Source of the DNA: Zygnema circumcarinatum SAG 698-1b
Taxonomy: Eukaryota; Plantae; Zygnematophyceae
Direction: 5' to 3'
Length of the DNA: 64,000 nucleotides
Assembly (NCBI GenBank): GCA_037447605.1
Contig: CM074809.1
Coordinates: 3,896,689 to 3,960,688, forward strand
Part shown: piece after piece, positions 1-11,300 of the stretch
Numbering within the stretch: the first letter of the stretch is position 1
Layout of the letters: every line of letters starts with the position of its first letter
The notes under the pieces: generated by a model
Told to the model about the DNA's origin: nothing
The model's database searches: none
Seen by the model: only the letters and a program-made list of their open reading frames with translations
Translations under genes and position numbers: made by a program

Positions 1-626
1 GTCCACGTGCCGCCAGGTGGCCTCATGGCAGTGGAGGCACATGCCACAGTTCATCAGTTGGTCAGCACGGTACGAGGCCAAAGAAAGCCCGGCGTCACGG
101 CGGTTCAATGTATCCGGTCAGCTTTTCCGGGCGGGTCCATGACGGGGGCCCCCAAACTGAGGAGCATGGAACTGTTGGACTCCATCGAGTCCTGCGCTCG
201 AGGGGCGTACTCGGGCGGCATTGGCTTCTTCTCCGTTAGTGGAACTTTCGACTTTAATATTGTGATTAGGACGGCGGTGGTGGAGAGGGCAGAGGCAGAG
301 GGAGAGGGAGAGGGAGAGGGAGAGGGAGAGGGAGAGGGAGAGGGAGAGGGAGAGGGAGAGGGAGAGGGAGAGGAGAGGGAGAGGAGAGGGAGGGAGGGAG
401 AGGGAGGGAGAGGGAGAGGGAGAGGGAGAGGGAGAGGGAGAGGAGAGGGAGAGGGAGAGGGAGAGGGAGGATGAGTATAGGCGCGGGAGGGGCCGTGATC
501 GCCCTCTCTAACAAGGAGGCGGAGTATGAGGAGATGCTGCTAAAGGCGAAGCCTCTTTTGATGGCGGCGGGAAGCTTCGCCGAAGTAGTAGGGGTGCAGG
601 AGGAGGGCGTGGTTCCATGTACTTGA
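1..626 (+). CDS. ADCS: 3' end of aminodeoxychorismate synthase (PabB-like chorismate-binding domain); gene starts upstream of the window; reading frame broken inside a GAGGGA repeat
   Basis: Frame 1 reads [12 protein letters not shown]...[24 protein letters not shown]...RGAYSGGIG...[12 protein letters not shown] second frame from 471 reads [28 protein letters not shown]...CT* (TGA 624-626). Both are hallmark PabB/TrpE C-terminal motifs. Confidence 0.9.
292..470 (+). repeat. (GAGGGA)n purine microsatellite inside the ADCS coding region
   Basis: Near-perfect hexamer array translating as EGEGEG, lying between RTAVVE and MSIGAGG. Confidence 0.95.
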
Positions 627-1231
627 AAATTCCGTTGAAACTGCGAAATTCGGCTCCTGTTAAACTGGTGGTTAGTATGTTCTCAGGAGTTTTCTTTGTT
701 CCATTTTTTATTTATTATTATTATTTGTATTCGTTGCCAAAAGAGTCGCTGGTTTTTGCTTAGGAATGTGCGCGATGCGATATCGGCATTCCTCCTCTCA
801 GTATATCGACATATATTGATATTGTCAGTATATTCGGTATAGCCCATATCGCAAGTATCGGTATCGCTGGTATCGAGACATCTTGTTGAAAGCGAACATA
901 CGAAATTTTGTGGTGTGCGTTTAACCGCCTCGCAGGCACACCCGGTCCCAACGGTCACCCCCGGTCACTGCCGGTTGTCGTCCTATGTACCGTGCGCGTA
1001 CCAAATTCGAAATTACGTCGAGTGTTCGCGCGGGTCAGGCTGTACCATGACTTGTCGTTTTGTTCCGTACGTCCAGGTTGCGACGAATAATTGTCAGCTG
1101 TAAGCAGGCAGGCCAGGTTCAATGCAGCCAGAGGACAAAATCCATGACGGCAGGTGTGACGTCATCAGACACCAGGCCAAAAAAACACCTGAAATAACGA
1201 TGAGTAAATCCATTTTTTTTTCAAAAAAAAA

Positions 1232-2080
1232 GGGTAGTGGTATTTCCACCCCTTTTTTGGATCCAAACACCCCTTCCCGGCCGGGCAGATTTCAAAAGGG
1301 ATTAAAAACGGAAAATGCTTTTTTCACACCTTTTTGGAATCGATACCCACTTTCTTCCGTCGGCTGATTTTATTTTTGCTAACCAAGGAAAATGATACCC
1401 CGTCACCGCATTTTGAATACTGTATCCCGCCTNNNNNNNNNNTGCGTGTCAATCGCATCTGTCGATTTCCCTCGCAGATCGCACCACTGCAGATCACCGT
1501 TTGATCTGCAGCCGGGCCCGATCTTAGCGAATGGAAAGCGCCCACGAGTCCCGCCAAAGCCGGATCACACGTGCGAGTGCGCGCGTCCCTCGGCCCGAGA
1601 TCTCGTGCATTGTAAGCTTTCAGCCAATCAACATCTGCCACGTGTAAAAAATAGACGTGGAAAACGTTGATTGGTTCAAGATCTCAATGTACGAAATATT
1701 GAGTTCCTCAAAGTTGCGACCGTACGACATTCGTACGGACAAACTTTTGAGACATGTTTGGCGGGATACGTGGGCACGTGCCATTCGCTGTGACCGAGCC
1801 CGGCTGCAGATCAAATAGTGATCTGCCGTGTTGCGATCTGCGAGGGAATCGACGGCTGCGATTGACCGCACGCGTGAAAAAAAATTCAGGTAGGCGGGAT
1901 ATTCAAAATGGGGTGACGGGTTATTTCCTTGTTTCGCAAAAATAAAATCTGCCGATGGAGGGAGGGTATCGATTCCAAAAAGGTGTGAAAAAAGCATTTT
2001 CCGTTTTTCATCCTTTTTGAAATCTGCCCGGCCGGGCAGGGGTGTTTGGATCCAAAAAAGGGGTGGAAATATCACTACCC
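1232..2080. mobile_element. Non-autonomous Mutator-like (MULE) fold-back element with ~290-bp TIRs
   Basis: GGGTAGTGGTATTTCCACCCCTTTTTTGGATCCAAACACCCC at 1232 is the reverse complement of the end at 2080. Complementarity continues inward to about 1520/1795 across a 10-N gap. Both flanks are A9 (1223-1231, 2081-2089), consistent with a 9-bp TSD. No transposase ORF. Confidence 0.8.
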
Positions 2081-3488
2081 AAAAAAAAATCCTTAATCAA
2101 AGGAATCAATTATTTACACACCTTTTATTGCTAGGTACACACCTTGTTGGTTAAATAAAAACCCTATACATCCTACAAGCTGACCAGCGAATGAAGGTGT
2201 GTATCTAGCCAAGAAAGGTGTGTGAAGAGCTTTCCAGTATTAGAATAGGTGTGAAATTTTGTTTCCTAAAAATAGGGTCAACGGTTCGCTCGCTGATTGA
2301 CTGAGAGCCATTGTCGTTTTCCAGCAACAAAACGTTTGCTGACAAAAGCCGTCACCCACAGACCGTACCCCTCCTCATGGTTTTTTTCTCCTGCAGAAAC
2401 ACTCAGTTGACGTAATGAAAAACGACAAGATTGAGATTTACCATGCTTGTCGTGCGTCGTTTTCGAAACGACAAATCAATCTGCCGCGGTCTTTGTATAA
2501 TTGCATCCGAATCCACCCTTGATTCTTGTCTTATGTGAAGATCCTATGAATCTCCAGATCACGTTCGTACATAGATCTATCAGAATCCACCAGATTACCT
2601 TGGGTTACATTCGCCTATGACGACATGCCAGCTGACAGGCACTTCAATTCTCTTCGTACTTTATTCGTACGACTGCCTGTCACCTTTGGTACGGACAAAG
2701 CTGCAGGAGGAACGTGGCACGTCGCTACCGGCCGCCGTCAGTCCTTTGAATTATTTTGGGACCTGACCGCCACCCTGAACCGTCCACGTGTCCGATCTGA
2801 CAGATCTCGAGGAAATCGTCGGCCAGGATTCACGCTAGACGACGAAAGGGAACTGTCGGGCGCCACGTCCGACAGCGCGGTAACGGAACGGAGGGCGATG
2901 TCGCTGTGAACTGTGGGAGAGCCAGCCGAGTGAGTGGGAGGGGGAGAGGGAGCGGGAGAGTGGGAGAGGGGAGAGGGAGAGTGCGGAAGTGCAGGGATAG
3001 TGGGAGGGAGAGGGGGAAAGAGGGAGAGAGACTGGAAGAGAGGGGGAGGAGAGAGGGCGAGTGGGGGAGAGAGGGAGAGGGAGAGATGGGGGAGGGAAGA
3101 GGGCGAGTGAGGGAGAGAGGGAGAGGGTGAGAGAGAGAGGGAGAGGGAGAGAGTGAGCTTCAGGGGGGCCTCATTTCTGTGGCCGTTAGCTCCTTCCTGC
3201 GGCTCACTTGAAGTATTGGGATATACCGAGTCAGATAGTTCGTTCCCCCCCCTTCCCCCCTTCATACTAAAGATCCTGCCAGGCTCGCAGGAGAGGAGGA
3301 GCTTCAAGGAGGAAATTCAGCCTCGTCTGAACCCCAAATTAGATTTTAATAAGTGGGGTTTTGAAAGGCCGTCATTTTCTGAACTGGGTCTCTCTTAAAC
3401 ATCGCAAATTTTGGGTACAAATCAGGCTAGCCGAGTCCCCCCTTCGGCCCCCTACAGTCGCCTCATGCTTTAGAGAGCCCCCAAAGCA

Positions 3489-5776
3489 ATGGGTCTCGTT
3501 TTCTACACTTTGGAGGCTCTTGTGAATGTGAAAACGCTGCGCGTTTACTTCATGTTCCCTTCCATGAATCAGTACACCGCAGATCCCTCCTTCAAAAAAA
3601 GCTTCCATGTTGCCGCGATGGGGCTTCGCCTAAACATTTTTTTCAAGTACCCGGGCGACGAAGAATGCACTTTCTTTTTTTTTCAGCTGCCCGAGTCCTG
3701 CCAAATCGACCCGGCCAGCATGACCTTCGCCGTGAAGGAGGATCATTTGGAGGTGAAGCTCCGCCTTCTGCGACTAAACGACGAAAATCTCGAAGGTGAT
3801 TCATGCCTCCCACTCAGGGTTCAGGACCTAAAGAATATATTTTTTTTTTTTTTAGGTTAAGGCATTTGGGGTGTCTGGCTTCCTGGGATTTTGGGGTTTT
3901 CGGGCAATTTGGGGTTTTTGGGGTCCTTGAGATTTTGGGGTTCTTGATTTTGGGGTGCTGGAGAGCGGGAGGGTTTTTGAATTCTTCGAGGTATTGGGGT
4001 TGAGGGTGCCGAAGTTTTTTTTTTTGAAACCTCGGATTTCGTGGGTCTGCTTTTGTTGAGGTAGTGCGCTTTATTTTAGGTCTTTTTTTGGGTTGAATTC
4101 TGTGAATGCTGCTTACAGGTGGCGTTTTCATCCTGACTTTGCATTTCTGTAATACTCCAGATCAAATTCATCGCCATATGTGTTCCCCTTCTTTTCAGTG
4201 AAATGTTTAGTCATTTACTTTTTTTAGTTTCCTGATTTTCTGCAGAAAACTCGCTCCTCACGTCAACGGATCCCATCCATCTCTTCTGCAGAAGCTGCAA
4301 AGCAGAGCTCACATCTTCTCCTTTGAGGTAAAGCATGCTATAGAAAAGAGGAGGAAGAAAAAGAAGAAGAGGAGGAGGAAGTGAATACATTATGTATTAC
4401 TGCACTTGTGAACTTTTTCCTCTTGCAGTTTTTCCCTCTTTTCAGCAGGAGCTAAGCGTAGCTGAATGGCACTTCTTGCTGAGGTCTATCTCCCTTTCTC
4501 CCGCCCTCCTCCCACCTCCCTGCTTTCCCCACCCTCTCCCTCCCTCCCTTCCCCCTCCCAAACCTTCCGCTCTATTCACTCCAAACGCTACTTCACAAAT
4601 CACCTTCATTTCTGATCCCTCCCTCCCCCTCCCTCCCCTCCCTCCCCTCCNNNNNNNNNNGGGGGAGGGAGAGGGAGAGGGAGGGAGCTTCTCAGAGCAG
4701 GGGACACCGAGCTCGACGATAAGCCGTCTGTCTATTTCGAGCTGGTCTGATAGTGGGAGAGAGAAGTTGTCGGAGAATCAGGAGAATTTAACAGAGGGGG
4801 GGGGGGCTATGGTGGAGAAAGAAGGTTCGGGTTCTATGATCAGCCGAGTGTTCGGTTTCAGTTCGTTTGGGAGCGGGCGAGGGAGAGAGAGGACGGCTGA
4901 AGATCAGGTGAAAGTTCAGGAGATTTCAACAGAAGGGGGAGGAATGCCTGGAGGGGCAGCCGATTCAGTGATAAGTCGGATGTTTAACTTTAACTCATTC
5001 GGGAGTGGAAGGGAGAGGGAGAGAGAGGGAGGGAGAGAGGGAGATAGCAAGGAGGGGGGCCAGGAGAATTCAACAGAGAAAGGGCTGCCTCCTTCTGGGT
5101 GGGGTTTTCCCTGGGCAGGGTTTAACTGGCCCTCTGCCTCCATAAACCCTAAACCCTCCCTTGGGGAGGGAGGCATTCATCCAGATGATCCCTTTCCTTC
5201 CCATGAAGGGGCAGCCCATGCATGCACCCACATGCATCATCATCATTATCAACATCAAAATCAACATCAAAATCAACATCAACATCACCTGAGCTTCAAG
5301 AAAAGCACAAGTGGGAGAGATTCAGTGAAAAAAGAGGACCTGAATGTTCATTTTCCAGATCCGCCGGAATTGGTTCCGGGAAATGGGGTGTGGGAGGCAG
5401 TGAACTGCCCCTGCTCGGCACTTGTGGGAGTGCGGGAGGTGATGTGGGAGGATGGGGAGAGGGAGAGCGAGAGAGGGGAAGTGAGAGTCGGAGAGAAGGA
5501 GAGGGAGAGAGGGGTGCACTTGCTGAAGCATCGGATTTCGGGGCCAGGAAAGCCGGAAAGTCCAACGGATTCATTCAGGTGTGGCCCCTCCCTCCCTCTC
5601 TCCCTTCTCTCTCCTCCCTCCACCACTCTCTCTCCCTTCTTTCTCCTCCCTCCCCCAGTCTCTTTCTCTCCCTTTCTCTCTCTATCTCCCTTCCATCTTT
5701 CTCCACACTCTCTCCTCCACTTTCTCTCTCCCCCCCCCTCTCTCTCTCCCTCTCCCTCTCTCTCTCTCTCTCTCTT

Positions 5777-5819
<43 letters not shown>

Positions 5820-7010
5820 CTCTTTCTGTCCCTCTCACCACCTCACTCCATTTTCATCGCCTTCTCACTCCTGGAGGGTCCCCATATAAGTATCGAATGA
5901 GACCATTTCCTGCATTTTGAGCATCCAAATTTTGAGTTTTGGGTTTTCAGGTTTGCGTTTTTGGGTTTTTGGGTTTTTGTTTGTTCCAGGAGCTGTTCTT
6001 TGGAGTCCGTGTTTGCCGCTCAGTTGCAGGCGCAGGCGAACGGAACTGGAGCACATAGATTCGTGGTTCGAGGATTGGTTTCAAAAGTCGCTTTTTGTCA
6101 TATTGTGCTGCTCAGCTGTGAAGCGTGGGCAGCATTTGGAGGGGTGGAAATGAAGGCTAGTGGAGAGGAGGAAATTGGGGTTCAGGAAAATGGGGTTTTG
6201 GAAAATGGGGTTTCAGGAAACGTTCTTAAAGTGACTGAGGATGAGACGGGCAGCAAAAACTCAGAACATGGGGAAGGGAAAAGGGAGGGGGAGGGGGAAG
6301 TGGACGGAGAGGGAGACGAGGTGAGAGAGGAGAGCGCGAGGAAGGAGAGGGAGAGGGAGAGGGAGAGGAAGGTGGAGACGGAGGGAGAAAAAGGAGAGAA
6401 GGGGAATGGGATCCTTTTGAATAGGTCATTTTCTCAAGCGAGGGAGAAGCAATGGATGGGCGAATCGCGAAAGTTTGGTCGGACGGTCAAAATAATGTTT
6501 CGAAATGTTCTCAGCAACTCGAAGGAGGAGAGGTCAGCTCTCGCATCCCCTCCCTCTCTCCCTCTCCCTTGGTTTCCCCGCTACCTTCTGTAGAGCATGT
6601 TTAGAGTGTTCGCCACCTTAATGATAAGAATGTGGTTCTCTCCCTCTCCCTCTCTCTCCCTCTCTCCCTCTCCCTCTCCCTCTCCCTCTCCCTCTCCCAC
6701 TTCCTCCACTCCCTCTCCCCTCGTATATCTCCCTCTCCTTCCCTCTCCCGACGATTTTTCCTTTTTTAAAAGCGCATACTTAGAAGTGAGGCACATGTCT
6801 AGGGGGGATGCACCGAAGCTAAAAAGGCGTCCAGGGGGGATGCACCGCAGCAGCGCGGAGGCCTGGGCGGCGGAGCAGGGCGCGAAGGACCTTTTTATTT
6901 TCGACAGCGAGGGGACCCTTTTGGGGCGGGCTCTCGCGGGCGCAAGCAGGAAGCTTCCGAGAAGCTGCCGCAGCTTCCAGGGGTTCAGCCTCGCGTTCCT
7001 TCCCGTGTGA
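3489..7010 (+). CDS. UBE3D-like protein (HECT_2 / E2-binding family), multi-exon, with a gap at 4651-4660
   Basis: Exon 1 MGLVFYTLEALVNV...LEVKL (3489-3795). Exon 2 IHLFCRSCKAELT has a CxxC. Later exons read GNGVWEAVNCPCSALVG, VHLLKHRIS, RTVKIMF and end FSLAFLPV* (7010). Canonical GT-AG boundaries. Family assignment is by motif recollection only. Confidence 0.55.
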
Positions 7011-8329
7011 TCTTTTGATTTGAGGCACAACTTTGGGGTTTTAGGGTTCAGGAATGAGGAGGGGTTCTGGGGACTCTGGCTAAGCAGGGGCAGGAGGATA
7101 GAGTGTAGTAGTAGGGAGGGAGGGAGGGAAGGAGGGAGGGAGGGAGGGAGGGAAGGAGGGAGGGTTTGAGGGAGGGAGGGAGGGAGGGAGGGCAGGAGGG
7201 AGGGTTTGAGGGAGGGAGGGCGGGAGGGAGGGAGTCCGTAGGGTGTTGTAGGGGCTGTAAATGTCAGCAAATAAAAAAATTGACAATAAACGGTGAGTTT
7301 GCATTAAATGGATAAAACTAGACTGGGTTTTCGGTGTCGGTTGAAATAAATAGAAAAAAAAAAAGATATAAAGACATGAGAAACGCTGAGCGTAGTCAGT
7401 TAGTCGATATCTTTAGTCGTAGAGACGATTTAAACAAATTGGACCGTTCCTGTTTGTTCTTTAGAACCAGTTAATGGCGGTCTCCTCCCCTTTGGACGGA
7501 AAATGTATTCCGGCTTCATTGACATTTAAGGGGCTATGCGTTTTATGCCTTTTTGTGGTGTTTGTAAATCATATTCATCATGGTGGTGAGTATGGATGAT
7601 GGGATGCCATGCATGCATGGAGGGGGAGGGGGAGGGGGATTGTATGAAGAATCCGTGACGATTATAATATGTGGGTATCAACAAATTTCTAAGTTACAGT
7701 CCCCATTTGGACATTTTTTTCAAAAAAAAGAAAAGTCATGCAGTCATGTCAGTGCAATGTCATTCAGGAACACGTTGTTTAGGAAAAGCAGGGTTATCTT
7801 TTAAGCAAAAGGTACAATCTAGTTTTTTTTTTTTTTTAATGTGATTTTCTCAAAACCACATTTAGTGGTATATTTCTCCCTAAATACGATTCTGAAATTT
7901 GAATTTTGCACTCTCAAAATGCCTTAACTGCGATCGTCCGCCTGTCGGCTTTTATGTACATAAACCCTAACCCTAAAAATGATTTAAAATGAAAAAGAAA
8001 AAGAAAAAACCTAGTTCTGTGAGTTTGCTTTGAATTCTAAGCTCCCTAAAATGGCAATGCTCTAATTTTTTTTTTCCAATCTTTCAAACCCGTTTTGGTC
8101 CTGAGGCTACACCTACGCACTCCTATTCTCCTCTCTAATTTAGATCTCCTCCTATTTCACTCTTTTTTTATCATTCTTGCTAAAAATGGAAAAAAAAAAT
8201 CTTGACAGAAACTTTATAAATCTCTAGTTTCCTAAAAACGATTATTATTGAGCCCTAAAGCCCTCCAAACAAGAAACCTTAAATTTCCATCCTCCTCCTC
8301 CTCCTCCTCCTCCTCCTCCCTCATCATCA

Positions 8330-11300
8330 TCATTGCCGTTTGACCTTGACTTTGACTTTGCTCGCCTCCTGCTTCTTCTTCTCCTTCTTCTTCTTCTTAA
8401 CCTCCGCCTCCGTCCCTTCACACTCCTCGTACTCCGTTGTTCCATGCGCCACCGTTCCAGTTCTACGGCGACCTCCTCCTCGTGGTTTCGACCCCCGAAC
8501 CTCCACATAGAACCGCGACTCCTCTCTCTCCCCCCCCCCCAGCAGTCTCCTATGCACCGCTCCCTCTCTCTCTCTCCCTCCCGCAGCGGGAGAGGACCAT
8601 ACAGAGGAAGCTCGGCTTGAAGCTCTCGAGGGAGGCTTGGACTGTCTCCATGTCTCCATCTGTTCCGTTTGAACATCCGTCCGTCGAACAGTACAGTTTC
8701 CGTTATTCTCTTGCACATAGAAACACCGCGAGGCGAGCATGTGCCGCCGTCTCTCCTCCATGACATCACGCGCGAAGCACATGGAGTCAGTTAGAGGGTC
8801 TTGACGGAGGAGGGCGTTCTGTGTGATCCATGGATGGTTCAACACTTCCGTTGCCGTTATCCGTTTGGACAGTTCCGGAGCAAGGAGACGCTTAAGAAGG
8901 TCCGCTAAGGAGGGGGAGGTTGCCTCTGGGAGGCCATCTACTTGGCCGACCTGCTCAATATGGAGAAAGAATTTTGAACACCCCAAAAGAGAGAGACATA
9001 CAATAGAGAAAGGTTAGGCAGGGAGGGGGTCTCTCTTACAGTATTATTGGTATTGCTGTTCTTGTAAATGCCCAGATTTGTGTGACATTAACATGAACCA
9101 TTTGCTAAAGACAAAACGAGAGTAGGGTGTAACAGAAAATATAAGGAGACTAAGAATTGCAGGAAAGCTAGCCTCCCTACACCCCTACACCCTACACCCT
9201 ACTCCCCCCTCCCCAACCTTCCCTCCTCCCCCAATCCCACCTCCCGCCTCCCCCCTCCCCCCTCTCTCCTCCCTTTCTCCCCCCTCCCCCCCTCCCCAAC
9301 CTCCCTCCTTCCGCCCTCCGTCCTCCACCCTCCCCTTCACTCCCTTCTCCCCCTTCCCCCCCTTCTCCCCCTTCTCCCCCTTCTCCCCCTTCTCCCCCTT
9401 CTCCCCCTCCTCCCCCTCCTCCCCCTTCTCTTCCTTCTCCCCCTTCTCTTCCTTCTCTTCCTTCCCCCTTCTCCCCCTTCTCCCCCTTCTCCCCCTCCTC
9501 TTCCTTCTCCCCCTTCTCTCCTTCTCCCCTTCTCCCCTTCTCCCCTTCTCCCCCTCCTCCCCATCTCCCCTTCTCCCCTTCTCCCCCTCCTCCCCTTCTC
9601 CCCTTCTCCCCTTCTCCCCTTCTCCCCTTCTCCCCTCCTCCCCCTCCTCCCCTTCTCCCCATCTCCCCATCTCCCCCTCCTCCCCCCTGCTCCCCCCATC
9701 TTCCCCATCTCCCCATCTCCCCTTCTCCCCTTCTCCCCTTCTCCCCTTCTCCCCTTCTCCCCTTCTCCCCTTCTCCCCTTCTCCCCCTCTCCCCCTCTCC
9801 CCCTTCTCCCCATCTCCCCCTGCTCCCCCTGCTCCCCCTGCTCCCCTTCTCCCCTTCTCCCCTTCTCCCCTTCTCCCCTTCTCCCCTTCTCCCCTTCTCC
9901 CCTCCTCCCCCTCCTCCCCTTCTCCCCTTCTCCCCTTCTCCCCTTCTCCCCCTCCTCCCCCTCCTCCCCCTTCTCCCCTTCTCCCCCTCCTCTCCTCCTT
10001 CTCCCCTTCTCCCCCTTCTCCCCCTTCTCCCCCTTCTCCCCCTTCTCCCCCTTCTCCCCCTTCTCCCCCTTCTCCCCCTTCTCCCCCTTCTCCCCCTTCT
10101 CCCCCTTCTCCCCCTTCTCCCCCTTCTCCCCCTCCTCCCCTTCTCCCCGTCTCCCCCGTCTCCCCATCTCCTTCTCCCCTTCTCCCCTTCTCCCCATCTC
10201 CCCCGTCTCCCCATCTCCCCTTCTCCCCTTCTCCCCTTCTCCCCTTCTCCCCTTCTCCCCTTCTCCCCCTCCTCCCCTTCTCCCCAATCTCCCCTTCTCC
10301 CCTTCTCCCCCTCCTCCCCCTCCTCCCCCTCCTCCCCCTGCTCCCCCATCTCCCCATCTCCCCATCTCCCCCAACTCCCCCTTCTCCCCTTCTCCCCTTC
10401 TCCCCTTCTCCCCTTCTCCCCCTCCTCCCCCTCCTCCCCCTTCTCCCCCTTCCTTCTCCCCCTTCCTTCCTTCCTCCCCCTCTCCCCTTCTCCCCCTTCT
10501 CCCCCTTCTCCCCCTTCTCCCCCTTCTCCCCCTTCTCCCCCTTCTCCCCCTTCTCCCCCTTCTCCCCCTTCTCCCCCTTCTCCCCCTTTCTCCCCCTCTC
10601 TCCCCCATCTCCCCCATCTCCCCCATCTCCCCCCCATCTCCCCCATCTCCCCCATCTCCCCCATCTCCCCCATCTCCCCCTTCTCCCCCTTCTCCCCCTT
10701 CTCCCCTTCTCCCCATCTCCCCTTCTCCCCTTCTCCCCTTCTCCCCCCCTTCTCCCCTTCTCCCCTTCTCCCCCTGTTCCCCCTCCTCCCCCCCCTCCTC
10801 CCCTTCTCCCCATCTCCCTTCTCCCCTTCTCCCCTTCTCCCCCCCTCCCCCCCTCCCCCTCCCCCTCCTCCTCCTCCTCCTCCTCCTCCTCCTCCTCCTC
10901 CTCCTCCTCCTCCTCCCTCCTCCCCCCTCCCCCTTCTCCCCCTCCTCCCCCCTCCCCCTTCCCCTTCCCTCATCCCCCCTCTCTTCTCACTCTCTCCGCC
11001 CCCCCTCCCCCCTCCCCCTCCCCCTCCTCCCTCCCTCCTCCACACCCATCCCCCATTTCCCCCCTCCCCCCTCCCCCTCCCCCTTCCCCTTCCCTCCTCC
11101 CCCTCTCTTCTCACTCTCTCCGCCCCCCCCCTCCCCCCTCCCCACTCCCCCTCCTCCCTCCTCCCCCTTCTCTTCTCACTCTCCGCCCCCCCCTCCCCCT
11201 CCCCCCTCCCCCTCCCCCCTTCCCTCCTCCCCCTCTCTTCTCACTCTCTCCGCCCCCCCTCCCCCCTCCCCCTCCCCCTTCCCCTTCCCTCCTCCCCCTC

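Noticed and set aside
2738-3398. ORFs upstream of the UBE3D-like gene
   Set aside because: Driven by a GA-rich tract, with no recognisable domain or splice-consistent model.
9185-11114. Three long minus-strand ORFs (459-640 aa) with collagen-like GEKGEK repeats
   Set aside because: All three frames are open because the purine tract lacks stop codons, and it lies in an intron with a clear donor (11423) and acceptor (8951).
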